A stretch of DNA of 64,000 nucleotides from Gnetum montanum (taxonomy: Eukaryota; Plantae; Gnetophyta): assembly GCA_015680685.1 (NCBI GenBank), contig MNCI01000952.1, forward strand, positions 1,086,538-1,150,537, read 5' to 3'. The translations under genes were made by a program, and so were the position numbers. Shown one piece after another: positions 27,701 through 40,832 of the stretch; position 1 is the stretch's first letter; every line of letters begins with the position of its first letter. The notes under the pieces were generated by a model. That model searched no databases. It saw only the letters and a program-made list of their open reading frames with translations, and was not told the origin of the DNA.

Positions 27701-29081
27701 GATTAATAAATATTTTTCATTTTCTTGAATTTTTCAATTTTTGTTTTTCAGTTTTTCATTTTTTAACTTTTTGTTTTATCTTTTTATCTTTTTGTGTTTT
27801 TGTCTTTTTACGTTTTTGTAAGTAATCTCGTCTATGAATAAAACACTCATATGGATCGTTGGTTGAGGTGTATTCTATGTTGTTGAGTCTCAAATGATCA
27901 ATTATTTGGATAGTGAGCCCATTACACCCACTCATCCATTCTACAAATAAGAGGTTTTATTTGAGGGTATAGTGGTATTCTTGACATTTTTAAAACTTAA
28001 AATTAATTTTGTGTTCATTGTACCCAGAATGAAGAAGGATGGACCAAGAGGGAATGATTAGGGTGTGACATCAAGGGGACTTGTGGATTCTCTTTGGTGA
28101 CGTCTGTGGGAGTTATCATGCAACGTGGTTGTACTAAGATCCTTGTAGATCTAACGAAAAATGGGAGTAAGAGTAATCAAACAGGCACGCAAAAATCAAA
28201 TGCTATTCTAGGGGGTCCCACTGGAAAGACATGCGCCCATGCCTGAAGGTTGGCGGCTTCTCTGGATTTAGTGAAGAGAAAAAAAAAGAGAAAGAGAAAA
28301 AAAAAAGAAAAGAAAAGTGCCACAAAACAAAAATCACTCCTCCCTTGAACAAAACTCCAAGTGATCGTACACCTTGTTGTTATGGTACTCTCATAGTTAC
28401 TCATCATGGGATGAAACAATGCGATGTCATTGTTTAGAGGAATGGACTTGGTCCTAATCTTGGAACGATGGGTTAATGACACCTTAATCATGCTTTACAC
28501 GTAAGATTCACTGTGCCTTGGGTCAGTTATCTCATGTCCCAATCTCTATGATCCCTTCTCTACTTCGTCTCATCTCACTGTTCGTGTAATTGTAGCTCAT
28601 GTCCCGTGTAGCATAGAATTTTCATCTCATTCTGGTGATACTTACATGTGTGTGTTTTGTGGAGTTAGTGTGGATTACATTTAACCCTTCTAGTGCCCAT
28701 AGACACTTTAAGTGTGGTTACACAAGGGCATTATAGGTTGGAACCTGCTTTGGGGAGGATTCACTTGTGTAGTTTTTGTAATCTTCACTTACGACCTCGC
28801 TCACACACACCATTTATTACCCTTAGCATCATTTTTCAATAGATTTTCTTTCCCTATTATTATCCCTCTAAATTTAACGTTCCAATGTATCATTATATAT
28901 CCTTTTTCTTACCATCCAAGGTTTTATTGATAAAATTCACATCATTATCATTAATGGTGTCTTTTGATTTAATGAAATTTCCCTAGAACATTTTGATCAT
29001 AGCTAATGTCCTTAATATCCAACGTTAATTTCAAAAAAATCATTAAAAAAGTCAGTATTTTCCTGGTGTCTCACATCACAA

Positions 29082-29190
29082 GGGACGAGATATCGCGTAT
29101 GCGATATCGCGTCCCACGTGATATTGCATATGCGATGTATTGTATGCGATATCGCGTCCTCGCCGCCTATAAATAGGTGACCCCCCCCTG
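29082..29190 (+). promoter_or_regulatory. E1 internal promoter upstream of ORF2
   Basis: An array of GATATCGC palindromes is followed by TATAAATA at 29168-29175. Positions 29089-29109 are a 21-nt exact match to the LTR at 32580-32600. Confidence 0.72.
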
Positions 29191-29651
29191 CAACACTTAG
29201 CATCATTTTTCCATTCACATGGGGGGAGCTTTTGAAATTTTTCTCTGTGACTTGCGATTGTGTGACCCTTGCTTTCCTCACTTTATCTCGCTCGCTGGTA
29301 CTCCGATTTTTATTTCGTTTGAACCTGCTTGAACCCAGAGTGTTTAGCTTAGTCGTGGGGGAGAGACACTTGCCGAAAAGTGCCTAACTTTTTTGAAATG
29401 TACCATCGCCCAAAGGACATCATTTAGGGTAATAAACTATAACACTTAGAATAATTGTGCCTAAAATCATATAACCCTTAGGTAAACCAGGAAATTAAAC
29501 ATGGAAACCATGTAAGTCACAGGATCCATTATTACAAAATTTCGAGCACTATCACACGTGATAATATACGATCATTAATAAAGGAAAAGTAGTAAGGTAT
29601 AACTTGACTTAAAAAACAACCTTACTAACACTTGGCTTGTGTGATTGTAGA

Positions 29652-32408
29652 ATGGTCCTAAAACGTGCACAACAGGAGGGTCCTGCCCAAGGTGGAAAGA
29701 AACGATCTCGGAGAGGTGGAAGACAAGGTCCTGCAAGACAACATGCAAAACAGGAGGACCAATCATTAAGTATTCATCAAGACGAACCTCCTACCGGATG
29801 GTCCGGGTAGGTAGAAGGAGGAGCTGCTGTAGCGCTTGAACCAGGACAACAACTCACGTTGCCCCAAGATTGTGTTCAGGTTATCCATGAGAAGTCCACA
29901 TTCACCGTAGTGATTGTGGAGTTGAATTTTGAATCATTTGCAAAGTTCGCTCTTGAGGCCGTTAGGGATCGCCTCAAAGAGTCTCCCTTATGGCCTATCC
30001 TCTCCGAAAGCGGTGCCTGGTACCTAGGAGAAACATACCAATTCTGGCATAATAGGGAGCAAGGCACCACTGTGAATATTTGTGGTGTGAGAATTGACTT
30101 CTCTGCACAGGCAATTCCAGAAGTGTTGAACCTTCTGAATATAGGGCCCTAGGTTACTCGGTTATCTACCTGTTCAGACCCTGATGTGTGAAAGGAGTGG
30201 TTAGAGAAGGCTTATGGTAGAGACAAAGCATTTGGTGAACTAACGATGGAAGAGAGGGTTTACTTCAAAATTGGAACATATCACCTCTTCCCCACAAAGG
30301 GCCTCAAAAGAATATCGACGTATGCAGCTAGAGGATGTGCAGTGTTGATGGGAAAGGTTAACGCTAACCTACCCCATCTATATTTATCGGAGATCCTAAG
30401 GTGGTTCAAAGAATGGAAGACAGGGAAGATGGCATTTCCTTTCCCTTGTCTCATCAGAAAGCTTTGTTGATGTGCTGGTATTCGGGGATACACCAATGAT
30501 GTTCTCCAAAAAGCCCAAACTGCTTCATATGCTGAATTGCTAAAGGCGCCAGCTCCAAGAAAAAGCATTGGTGAAGAGCTGGGACCAGAACAAAAAGAAG
30601 AATAGGTGGTTGGACCCAATCAACCTCCAGCCACAGGTCCTAGCCAACAAGAAGAAGAAGGGCCCAGCACAGGCCAGGATCAGCCGCCACGGCTGCAAGA
30701 CTACAGACTGTCGATGAGCCATCTGAGGGCCATCACTGAGACGGTTAGTTGGGGAAGTCATGATGATGCAAACATTTTTTGTGTCATCGATGATTCCAGG
30801 AAGCCTAATATTTCATTAGATCACACAAGGGGAAAAATATCAATCCAAACAGGAGGAGGGGACAGTAGATGGTCACAACAGATCTCAGGAAACACGGCAT
30901 CTTTTGAGGTGCAGTTAGAAACTGGTGAAGGGGTCACCGTGGTGGTCATGCAACACTAGAATGCCACAGGAGCTACAGATGTGGTCACAAACCACATCAA
31001 AGAATCTTTCAATGTACCTATTGTGCCACCGACAGATCTCTCAGGAGCATAGGATGCTCAAACTCCGACTGGAACCTCAATGACTCCTGGAGAACATGAG
31101 GATGTGCTTGATCGATTACTTCAAACAGGGAAAGTAATGACGTCTCTGTTTGACATTTCTCAGGATGTCACATTAATTCAATCAGACCTCATTTCCACAA
31201 AGGGGAAGTTGGTCTTATCCGAAATAAGGGTAGAGCATGCTGAAGCTGAAGTACAGAAACTACAAGAACAGCTCGTGGCCTTACAAGCAGCACAGCGAGA
31301 CCCTCTGCAATTTGTTCCCATAGACCAGCTAGAAAATTTTAGAACAAAGCAACTAACCAACTTGATAGTAGAAAATAAATAGGTGGTGGAAGAAAAGGAG
31401 AAGGTTGTTTGGGATGCCTCCGCAGCACAAGCGCAAACCCATGCACATATTAAGGCACTCAAGGCCTTACAAGAAGAAAACAAGCAGCTGGTTGCAGAAA
31501 ATCTTCGGTTGACCACTATAGAAAAGTAAAAGAATGTTCTTGATGAACACTTTCATCAATTATGAGAACAATTTATCCAGGTCAAACGAGACGTAAGCCA
31601 TTTAGCCAGAGAAAATTGAACCCTCTCAATGGAGGAGGTACTTGCCATTCGTCAAAAGTCGGTGATTGAGATAAGCACGTGGCAGAATGAGGCTAAATGA
31701 CATGAAAAGCTGAAGGAGCACTTTCGTGATCAGGTAGGGATGTACAAACAAATATAGGAGAAGGAGATCCATATGGCCAAGGCCTAAATCAACACCATCA
31801 GTGCTCAACACACTGACTGGCGAGCCATATTGGACACATATGCCCTCGTCCACCAAGCAAAAGTTAAAAATTGGGACTTGTAGATTCAGGACTTGATAGA
31901 GTACATGAAGTTGGCAAATCTCAGATATGCCAATCTTGCCATGTTGATAGTAGGGCGCTCGAGGTCAGAGCTCGAGCAGCAGGTAGCTTCCACCCACATC
32001 AAATATGAAGCAGAATTTGTAGAGCGCAAGAAGTTGGTAGAGAAATTGGATGTTGCAAATTATGAACTTGGGGTGGTAAAAGCTAGCTACCAAGGATAGA
32101 AGAATGTCGCAACTAACTTGGCTCAATGGCTAACGGACCTTCATGAGTACAAAGATAAAGCTAGAGCTTATGAGGAGGAACAATGGGTGTTTGTGGCATG
32201 GTATGTTAAAGCTAACTAGATGTTCCCACAACTACCCTGTTCATAGGAAGTGCCTACTCCGTCAAACATTGGAACATTAGCATGGATGGCATAGGATGCT
32301 CAGACCAAAGAGGAGAAGCTCCAGGCCATACTTCAATGCCATCAACCCTCAAAGCCTAGAGCACAAGACAAAGGGAAGGCACCAATCGAGGAGCCACCGC
32401 CACCATGA
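29652..32408 (+). pseudogene. E1 ORF2, ~918 aa in one frame (in-frame stops only): basic N-terminus, Transposase_32/ATHILA-ORF-like domain, long coiled coil
   Basis: ATG at 29652 lies just downstream of a ttgtag acceptor. Track ORFs 29859, 30246, 30606, 31080 and 31893 share this frame. Motifs GGKKRSRRGGR, WYLGETYQFWHN and FPFPCLIRKLC; ends DKGKAPIEEPPPP*. Confidence 0.84.
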
Positions 32409-34671
32409 ACTACATGATTTCCAATTTTTGTAGTTGTAGTATTTGTGTGTTGTGTTTTCTTCCCACACTGCGACATTGTCCCATTTCTTTTTCCATCAAT
32501 AATCCCATACCTATCCACTGTGTAATCACTGTAACTCGAGGACAAGTTTTTATTCAATCGTGGGGGTATGATGGGACACGATATCGCGTATGCGATATCG
32601 TAGTCCGCTACAATGTCTATAAATAAGAAGCGACTCTCCCTTGTTTCATACCATAGGTTAGATTGTAGCTAAAATCTGGTAGTTTGATCCCTCTAGAGAT
32701 AGATTATTTTCCAGTGTATGCCTACAGTGTGGTGAATGTAATTGTACGGCATACTTTATTCGAGTGTGACGTACTTGGACACACACATGACCGGCAATAA
32801 AGATCGAGATTACTTCATCATTGCAACATTCACTTTATTTATTTAATTATTATTTACTGCTTCCTTAATTAGCCTCTCTCACCCTTATCTCCTAGCAACG
32901 CGGAATGAGTACGACGTGATTACGAGCATTTAAGTGTGACTACTTGGTAACCCAGTGGCATACCTAGGATCTGCGCTTGGTAATCCTAGTGGTAGTCGTG
33001 CACGAAGTCCAAGATGTGTACGGATGATCAAGGAACGGATGCTCATCACACTTAGGCTAGATTAGATTTTCTTACCCTTTCTCCCCTAGCTTAGCTTAGT
33101 TAATATTCTCTTTCTATTGCCTTAGCATTAAATTAGGAATACATCATACACCTCACTCTGGACTAAACCATATGTGACAAATATAATACTAGTCTAGGTG
33201 GGAAGACAGCAAACTGCGACCTAAGGATAATTGTCTAGGTGCCACAACTAGTCCGTCTACGGAGTTCTACTGGATCACGCGTGAGAACGCTCATATTTGT
33301 ATGGTTGAGTGTAGGGGTACCTCGCCACTCATCAATAATGAAGTTCAGATGTGCTACCATAGCCTTTCTCATTGTAAAATCTCCAACATTTGTTGCCAAG
33401 TTCTTCCTTTATGCCCCTCATACATGCCAAATGCATAGAAACATATGACAACCAAATACAAACCTGAATATTTCACATTTAATTTTTATATCTCCATGTT
33501 TTGAGCTAAGCTTTAAAATAATAAAATAAATATCATTTTTAACTATTACCTTACAACATTTATTTCAACTTTTGAATCCTCTAGCATGAATGCATTTACT
33601 ATCCATCATGGCTCCTGGGACCTGCAGCGTCTCATCAATTCAAAAAGCCAAATTGTGACATCCCTTTTTGTAACCCTAGAGAAGATCACCCATGCAACAG
33701 GTAGTCTATTGTACTATGAATCAAAAGCCATGACTCTATGAAGATGGAGCTATTTATAAAAATGCCATTTATATTAGAAAAATGAGCCAATTACAACACA
33801 AAATATTCTTGATACATGCTTTCTTAAAAATAACCCAAATATTTACTTACTCCATATTTTTTTGGTGTTGAAGGTTGAATCCATGGCAAGTATGCTATTT
33901 TAAGATAGATGTATCATCTTTTTCAGCATCCATGGTAATTGCAACCCAATGATTGTTGGGATAGAATCTTTGATGTTCTCCTCCTAATAGTAAAAGAAGA
34001 AATTAGAGGTACTTTGGTACAATAACCATGTGCTAATTTTATCATGCTCACTTTTTTTATATTCCGATGTAACATCTTTGCAAATATTGTAAATGTCCTT
34101 TTTCAAAAGGTACATGTCCCTCTTCCGAGATACCTTGAATTCTTGCCCTTCATTGAATAGATACTTAATATATCTCTCCTAAATCATATCTACTAGAAAT
34201 CCTTCATTCCATAATGACACTATCTTTTAACATATCTCAGGGGAAATATGTATTGAATGAGCATCTCTTCTATCTGACATGGGACAAAGCAAGCCATGAC
34301 AATAAGCTCCTAATGTGTCAACATGATTCATTTCTTTATATACAATGCATACAACATGCTTAATACCATGCATAATGCAAACTATGAAATTACATTGGCA
34401 ACTAGTTTTTCTACCAATCCTGTTTCTTTTCCTTCCTTCCCTAGGTGCCACCCCTATGGTAACATTTGAGCCATACGAACAATGATAATTGATTCATGTA
34501 TATACATGGACATCAGGTAGGATTTTGAAAATATGCAATATACAAAATATATAATAAACATCATTGAGGACTTTGGAAATTTAAGAAAACCTACCTTGTA
34601 CAACAAGTGTAGTGGTTTGCTTGGGAATGAGTTTCCTTTTCCAATTTCTATTGGTTTTTCTTCCTATGGAA

Positions 34672-36935
34672 AAATTCACATGGAAACATTGCATTTCTTT
34701 GTTCGCCTACAATAAAATTGGCCACTCTCTTTTTGTATATCCAAGCAAAGGTACCATCATAGAAATAGGACCATCTTATTTCATTTTTTTGAAAAAGGGC
34801 CAATTGATGAGTCTTGTATTTCTTGTTGCAATGCTGTTTCTTAGAAACTAGCATGCTTTTGCCATCCTCACATCTAAACAAGAATGATTTTTGGATGCTA
34901 ACTAAAACAACAATCCATAAACATTGTTTCTACTAGTTCTCTTGAACTAGCTGCAATGCCATAATCTAAAAACTTAGTTATTAGTCTTTGTTCATTTGCA
35001 CAATGTATAATGATTTTTATGCACATGCGAGACAATGCAAAATCCACCCTTTCATAATTTTGATTCCTCAAATGCATCTCCCACACAAGAGCTTCTACAA
35101 GTGTACCAATAACTGAAGGCTCGCATTTTCCTTACCATCAATGTTTTCAATTGATTGGAATTTTTCTAACAAAATTTTACTTCAGACTGTGATGAACTAC
35201 AATTAGCAGTCTTTTTGTAACCACCAAATTCACATGGAAACATTGCATTTCTCTATTTGCCTGCAATAAAATCGACCACTCTCTCTTTGTATATCTAAGC
35301 AAAGGTATCATCATAGAAGTAGGACCATATTATTTCATTTTTTGAAAAAGGGCTAGTTGATGGGTCTTGTATTTCTTGTTGTAATGCTATTTCCCAGAAA
35401 CCAGCATGCTCTTGCAATCCTCACATGTAAACAAAAATGATTTTTGGATGCTAACTAAAACAACAATCCATGAACATTGTTTCTACTAGTTCTGTTGAAC
35501 TAGTTGCAATGCCACAATCTAAAACCTCAGTTATTAGTCTCTGTTCATTTGCACAATGTATAATGGTTTTTACACACATGCAAGATAATGCAAACTGCAC
35601 CCTTTCACAACTTTGATTTCTCAAATACAACTTGCATTCACCACACAGGAGCTTCTGAAAGTGTACCAACAACCGAAGGCTGGCATTTTCCTTGCCATTA
35701 ATGCTTCTAGTTGATTGGAACATTTCCAATAAAATTTTAAGATGAACTACAAGTAATAGTCTTTTTGTAGCACCCTTTGAAAATGCTTATGCTTCCAACG
35801 ATTTGCACTTCAGTGAATATCACAGCTTTTGATCGTCGAAGGCTCTTTTGGTGGGCTTTTTACTAAGGTTGCAAGGGGTTGTGATTCACATCTACCACGC
35901 AGGAGCTTCCAAAAGCATACCAATAATTTGAAGCTTACATTTTCCTTGCCATCAATGCTTTTGATAGATTGGAACATTTCTAGCAAAATTTTAATCTAGG
36001 CTATGATAAATTGTGAGTAGCAGTTTCTCTCGTAGCCCCCTCTAGAAACACTATTGCTTCCAATGATTTGCACTTCAGTGAATATTGTAGCTTCTAGTCA
36101 TCAAAGGCTCTTTCAATGGGCTTTTCTCAAAGGTTGCAAGGAGGTGCAATTCACATCCATCATGTAGGAGCTTTTGGAAGCGTAGCAACAATCTAAAGCT
36201 CACATTTTCCTTACCATCGATGCTTCTAATGGACTGGAACATTTCTAGTAAAATTTTTCTCTAAACTGCAACGAACTATGAGTAGTAGTCTTTTTACAAC
36301 CCCTTCGAAAAGGCTTCTACTTTTGGTGATTTACACATCAATGAACATTACAACTTTTGGTCATTGGAGGCTCTTTCAATGGGCTTTTTACAAAGGCTAT
36401 GAGGGGGTGCGATTCACATCCATTACGCAGGGGCTTCCAGAAGTGTACCAGCAATTAGAACCTCACATCTTCCTTGTCATCCATGCTTTCGGTTGACTAG
36501 AAAATTTCCAACAAAATTTTACTTTAAATTGCAACAAATTGTGAGTAACAATCTTTCTGCAGCTCCTCTGAAAAGGCTTCTATTCCGATGATCTGCGATT
36601 CAATGCATATTACAGCTTTCGATCATCAAAGGCTCTTCTAGTGAGTTTTTTTAAAAGGTTGTGAGGGGGTGCAAGTCGCATCCATTATGTAGGAGCTTCC
36701 AAAAGTGTACTAGCAATGAAGCTCGCATTTTCCTTACCATCGATGCTTCCAGTTGATTGGAATGTTTCTAGCAAAATTTTACTTTGGACTATGATGAACT
36801 ACAAGTAGTAGTCTTTCTTCAACCCCCTCTAGAAAGGCTTCTGCTTCCAATGATGTGCACTTCAGTGAAAATTTTAGCTTTCGATCATTTGATGCTCTTT
36901 CAGTGGGCTTTTTACAAAGGTTCCAAGGGGGTGTA
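34672..36935 (-). repeat. Tandem array at the 5' end of the MULE transposase: a ~555-bp duplication plus five ~260-bp units
   Basis: The anchor cattttcctt (one variant) recurs at 35124, 35684, 35938, 36203, 36466 and 36726. aaattcacatggaaacattgc recurs at ~34672 and ~35227. Confidence 0.9.
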
Positions 36936-37259
36936 TTTTACAAGATCTTCATAAACACCAATTCCCCCATGTGCTGTGACAGATTGCGAGTAGGTACGTT
37001 CTCATAGATTTAGTTGCAAATAACTGTAGATTGTAGTTTTGCATGTGCATACATATCTATACATAGATATTTGGACAAACATCATGCGTCCCAATCATGG
37101 TTTTATTCATGCCAATCATAGTTTCGTCATTGCATACAAGGGCCACCAACCATATCATAGATTTCTTTATACCCAAAAGAGAATGGACATAACCATGTCT
37201 AGACATGTCATGCCAAAATGAAAAGAAGTTTGACTAGACAATAGGACATTTGGTACATA

Positions 37260-37410
37260 TTCACATAATTTTGGGATTTCCATAGTGAACTGTGTGGTGG
37301 ATATTATAGTTCCTCTCTTAAAAGATGAGGTATTCACAAAATTTTGGGAGCTATGTAGTGAAATGTGTGGTGGATATTGTAGTACACCTTCTGAAAGATG
37401 AGGTCATTCC
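37260..37410. repeat. Two-copy ~73-bp tandem repeat
   Basis: tcaca.aattttggga...tagtgaa.tgtgtggtggatatt.tagt...aaagatgaggt occurs twice. Confidence 0.7.
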
Positions 37411-40400
37411 ACATGATGTGTGCACAATATCTTCTAATTTTCTATTTTGACATTTTTAGCCTTGTAAATTTGCTACACAAAATGCACAAACAGTACACTA
37501 AGAGAGTGCCATTGCTTGGTTTGGTCATGGCCTCTATTGGGGATCAATTATGCAAGAATTGTTTCAAGAAAGCCTAGAATTTTCCTTGTTTAATTTTTAC
37601 ATTTTTGGGAAAGAAAAATATAGTGGTTCACATTACGATTGGAATAGGAAGTGGAAACTAAAATTTTAATTTCAAAGGTGTTTTGCTTTAGTAATCTTCC
37701 ACAGTAAAAGTTTGGTTTCAGTAGCATTATGATCCTTAAGAATGTGTTTGGTCAATCACATCTTCTAGTGCTGAATCTGCATAAATATTAAATCTAAATA
37801 TTCAAGGTATCTGGTGTGTTCAAAGATAATAGCCAGATTCACTCTACAAAACTATTAGTAGTGTGAATCTCTTGATGAAGAGATTAATAATCTTCTTCAT
37901 ATAAAGTTTCAAGCTTGGCAATGTTTTATTAGAAGGTAATAATCTTTTTCATGTAATGCAGATTTAGCATTATTTTAGGTTAGGGTGAGGCCTTGTTGTT
38001 GCTATCTATTATTTCTCTTGTATTTTTATTTTATTCTTTTTTTACAAGGAAGTTTTTAGAAAGAAGTGAAAATCAATGAAGTCACTTTGAAAAAAGTCAA
38101 AGCCCTATCCTTTTGTTTATTTTTAAGATTATTGTAAATATGAAAACTCACAAGAGCATCTTTAAAATTGATAGGCCTTTCCTTTTTTAAAAAAAATTTG
38201 TAGAGCCTTTTTATTACCACACCATGGGGAACATGTAACCAAACATGCTCTAAAGCACAAAACATCTAATTTTCACCATATATTTCAAAGTGTCCCATAC
38301 ATTGTCAAAAAGACTTCCATAAGATTTCCATTTCTAGTTTTCATTAAGCTTCATCCTTATATTCATGTAGCACCACTAAAAATTCTTTTATTTTATGTGT
38401 TCATTATAAAAGTATTTAATAATGAGATAGGATGATTTAGATTAGGAAGGAAATGGAAAAGATCATTTGCTTGCTCATATTCAGCAATAAGCTTAAACAT
38501 ATCTAGTGAAAGTAAGAAGGCTAGCTCTTGCTTGGCGTAGGTTATCTTGGAAATGTTTTGACTTAATACTTTAGAAATTCCCTAATTTCTCCTCAAATAA
38601 ATATGTCTTTGTAGATTAAAAAATTTTAAATTAGAAAATAATGCCATAGTTGCAAATGTGTTTCAGCGATAACTGTGACTTCATAGGGCTATTACCAAAG
38701 CTTTAGTTATCCATGTACTCAAGTTTGAACTTAAAACAGAGAGTGAGAGTATTTGTTTAAGACAAATAAAAAAGTCAAGGAAGAAATGATGTGATTTCAG
38801 TGTTTTGACAAGATGCATAAGTGACACTTAATTTTTTTTTCTTTTTCCTTATTTGCTTTCTTTTAATGAGTAGACCCTACAAATAATGCTAATTTCTACG
38901 AATCTCCCTCATTCTAGTACCAAAAAGATGTTATGGTTAGAATCACTATAAATCTAAGATTTGGAATAAGCCTATGTGAAATGAGCTAAGAATTTCATGG
39001 CCACTTAATAAATAAAGAAACTAATCTCTAAATTGAAAGAGGATTTGCATATCGTTAGAAATTCTAATAACCTAAGATACTATTTTTTCCAAACATAAGT
39101 AAATAATGAGAGAAAAATAGTGAGTGGAATTGCTAGTAAAAGTAAAATAGATGTGATGAAAAACAAAAAGCATATGTGTGATGTAGTTCAAAAGAAAAAT
39201 GTTACATAGAATGAGGTCTACGAAGAAATAGAGCGCACATGGTTAAAAAAGAAAATTTGTGAAACAAAACAACATAGATTTGATAAATTAAAGAAAATAA
39301 ATTGCATCCTTAAATCAAGAGGATAGCAAAACAACTTTGTTATAACACTAACGTAAAATGGAGAAAGAAAAATTGAAATGTAGAAAAAAGCAAAGTAACC
39401 ATGAAAGAAACCTAGAAAGATGTAGTGATGACCCTTCAAGATGAAATTAGGGATGAGGGATGGCTAGCAAGAAACTGTGTTACAATGTCATCTTTTTTGA
39501 TCTGTGTGCTTGATTGAGATCTCTCAATGGAATAGAACTGCTACAAATTAGGAACTAGTGAGATGTGACAAAATTTGACTTCTGCAGAAAAAATCCAAAG
39601 TCAGTACAACATATATATTATAAAGAGATTTAACAAGAAGAATAATGTTTCTTAGGATTTTTTCTTCATTTTGTGATATACAATTCAATGTGGGTAGGAG
39701 GTGTTAGAAGTTGAATGAATGATAAAGTACCCCAAGGCATATATAGTCAATATGATACTTGAGAAGAATTATAGAGAAATGTCCATTCTCAATGGAAAAG
39801 AATAGAATATATGCTACTTTTATTACATATAATAACTAATTTAATGGAACAAGAAAAATTTCATTAGTGTTTATGTACTTGAACTTTAGTCATGTTCCCC
39901 TATCTTTCTCCCTTAATCTCCTCTAAAATCATTCATAATCCTCTTGATTGAATTTATTGTTGGTAGTTTCATTTTAACAGTTCATGAAGTAAAAGCTTAT
40001 GAAGCATGAGGGACCATGATTAAATTGATAGCTCATTAGCTAAAGGTGGGGGATAGATTTAAGAGAGAATTTTTTTTAATTAATTAAAGGAAATTATCTC
40101 AATAAAAACTCTATTTCTACTATTGGCTATGAAGTAAAAGTTTTATGTAGTGATGAGGATATTCTTCAAGCCTTTCAAAATGAGTACAATAAGATATTTT
40201 GGGACAAGAGAGACATTGTAGAATAAAGTGCTGCTTGGAATGTTGTTAAAAATGATCTTCCTCAATAGTCTTTGATAAAATGAGAAAAAATTATAATACG
40301 GATTTTTTTCTTTAAGAACTTTAATATGCTTGTAACTCCTTGCCCAACAATAAGGCTCCGAGTGTTGATAATCCTTTTGCTAAAGTTTATAAAGCTTTGT

Positions 40401-40832
40401 GGCCAACCTTGGATTCAAATCTTCATTTAGCAATTCAAGAAGAAATACATCGAGGTTTACTGGGTTCATTTATTAATGCTAGTAAAATTAAATTTATTCC
40501 TAAAGATGGCAAGGGTCAATTTATTAAAGAATAGCTTCCGAGTACTCTTCTAAATACTTCCTACAAGATCAATGCAAAAGCTTTGACGCTTTGATTGAGA
40601 CATCATCTCTTTTCTTTAGTAGGTGTTGAGCAAATAATTCTTGTACCTAATAGATTTATTCTAGATAATATCATGGCTATAGTAGAAGGATGGGAATCAG
40701 CAAATCATTCTTAGGAACAAGTTGTCTTTATCCAAGTGGATTATGCTAGAGCATACGATAGAATTTCTTGGAATTTTGTTTTTTATGTTGAAGCAACTTG
40801 GCTTTAGGAAAAGAAATTTTTGGCTACATTAT

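Larger units (their letters stand above)
24957..33334 (+). mobile_element. Athila-like Ty3/Gypsy LTR element 'E1', pol-less (gag plus accessory ORF2)
   Basis: LTRs 24957-25757 and 32569-33334 (TGATG...CATCA). TSD ATAAT at 24952-24956 and 33335-33339. PBS tagcgtcgttgccgagga (~tRNA-Asp complement TGGCGCCGTTGCCGGGGA). G-rich PPT before 32569. Confidence 0.95.
23600..35430 (-). pseudogene. MULE-type SWIM zinc-finger transposase, spliced and degenerate, split by LTR element E1
   Basis: IRWSYFYDGTFAWIYKKRVANFIVGEQ..FPCEF, SCQCNFIV..NHVDTLGAYCHG, LAMDSTFNT, PVAWVI, VNAFMLED, then the SWIM finger FCECRWSNLGQFCKH at ~24370-24330. The coding sequence resumes across the ATAAT TSD. Ends are approximate. 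Confidence 0.8.
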
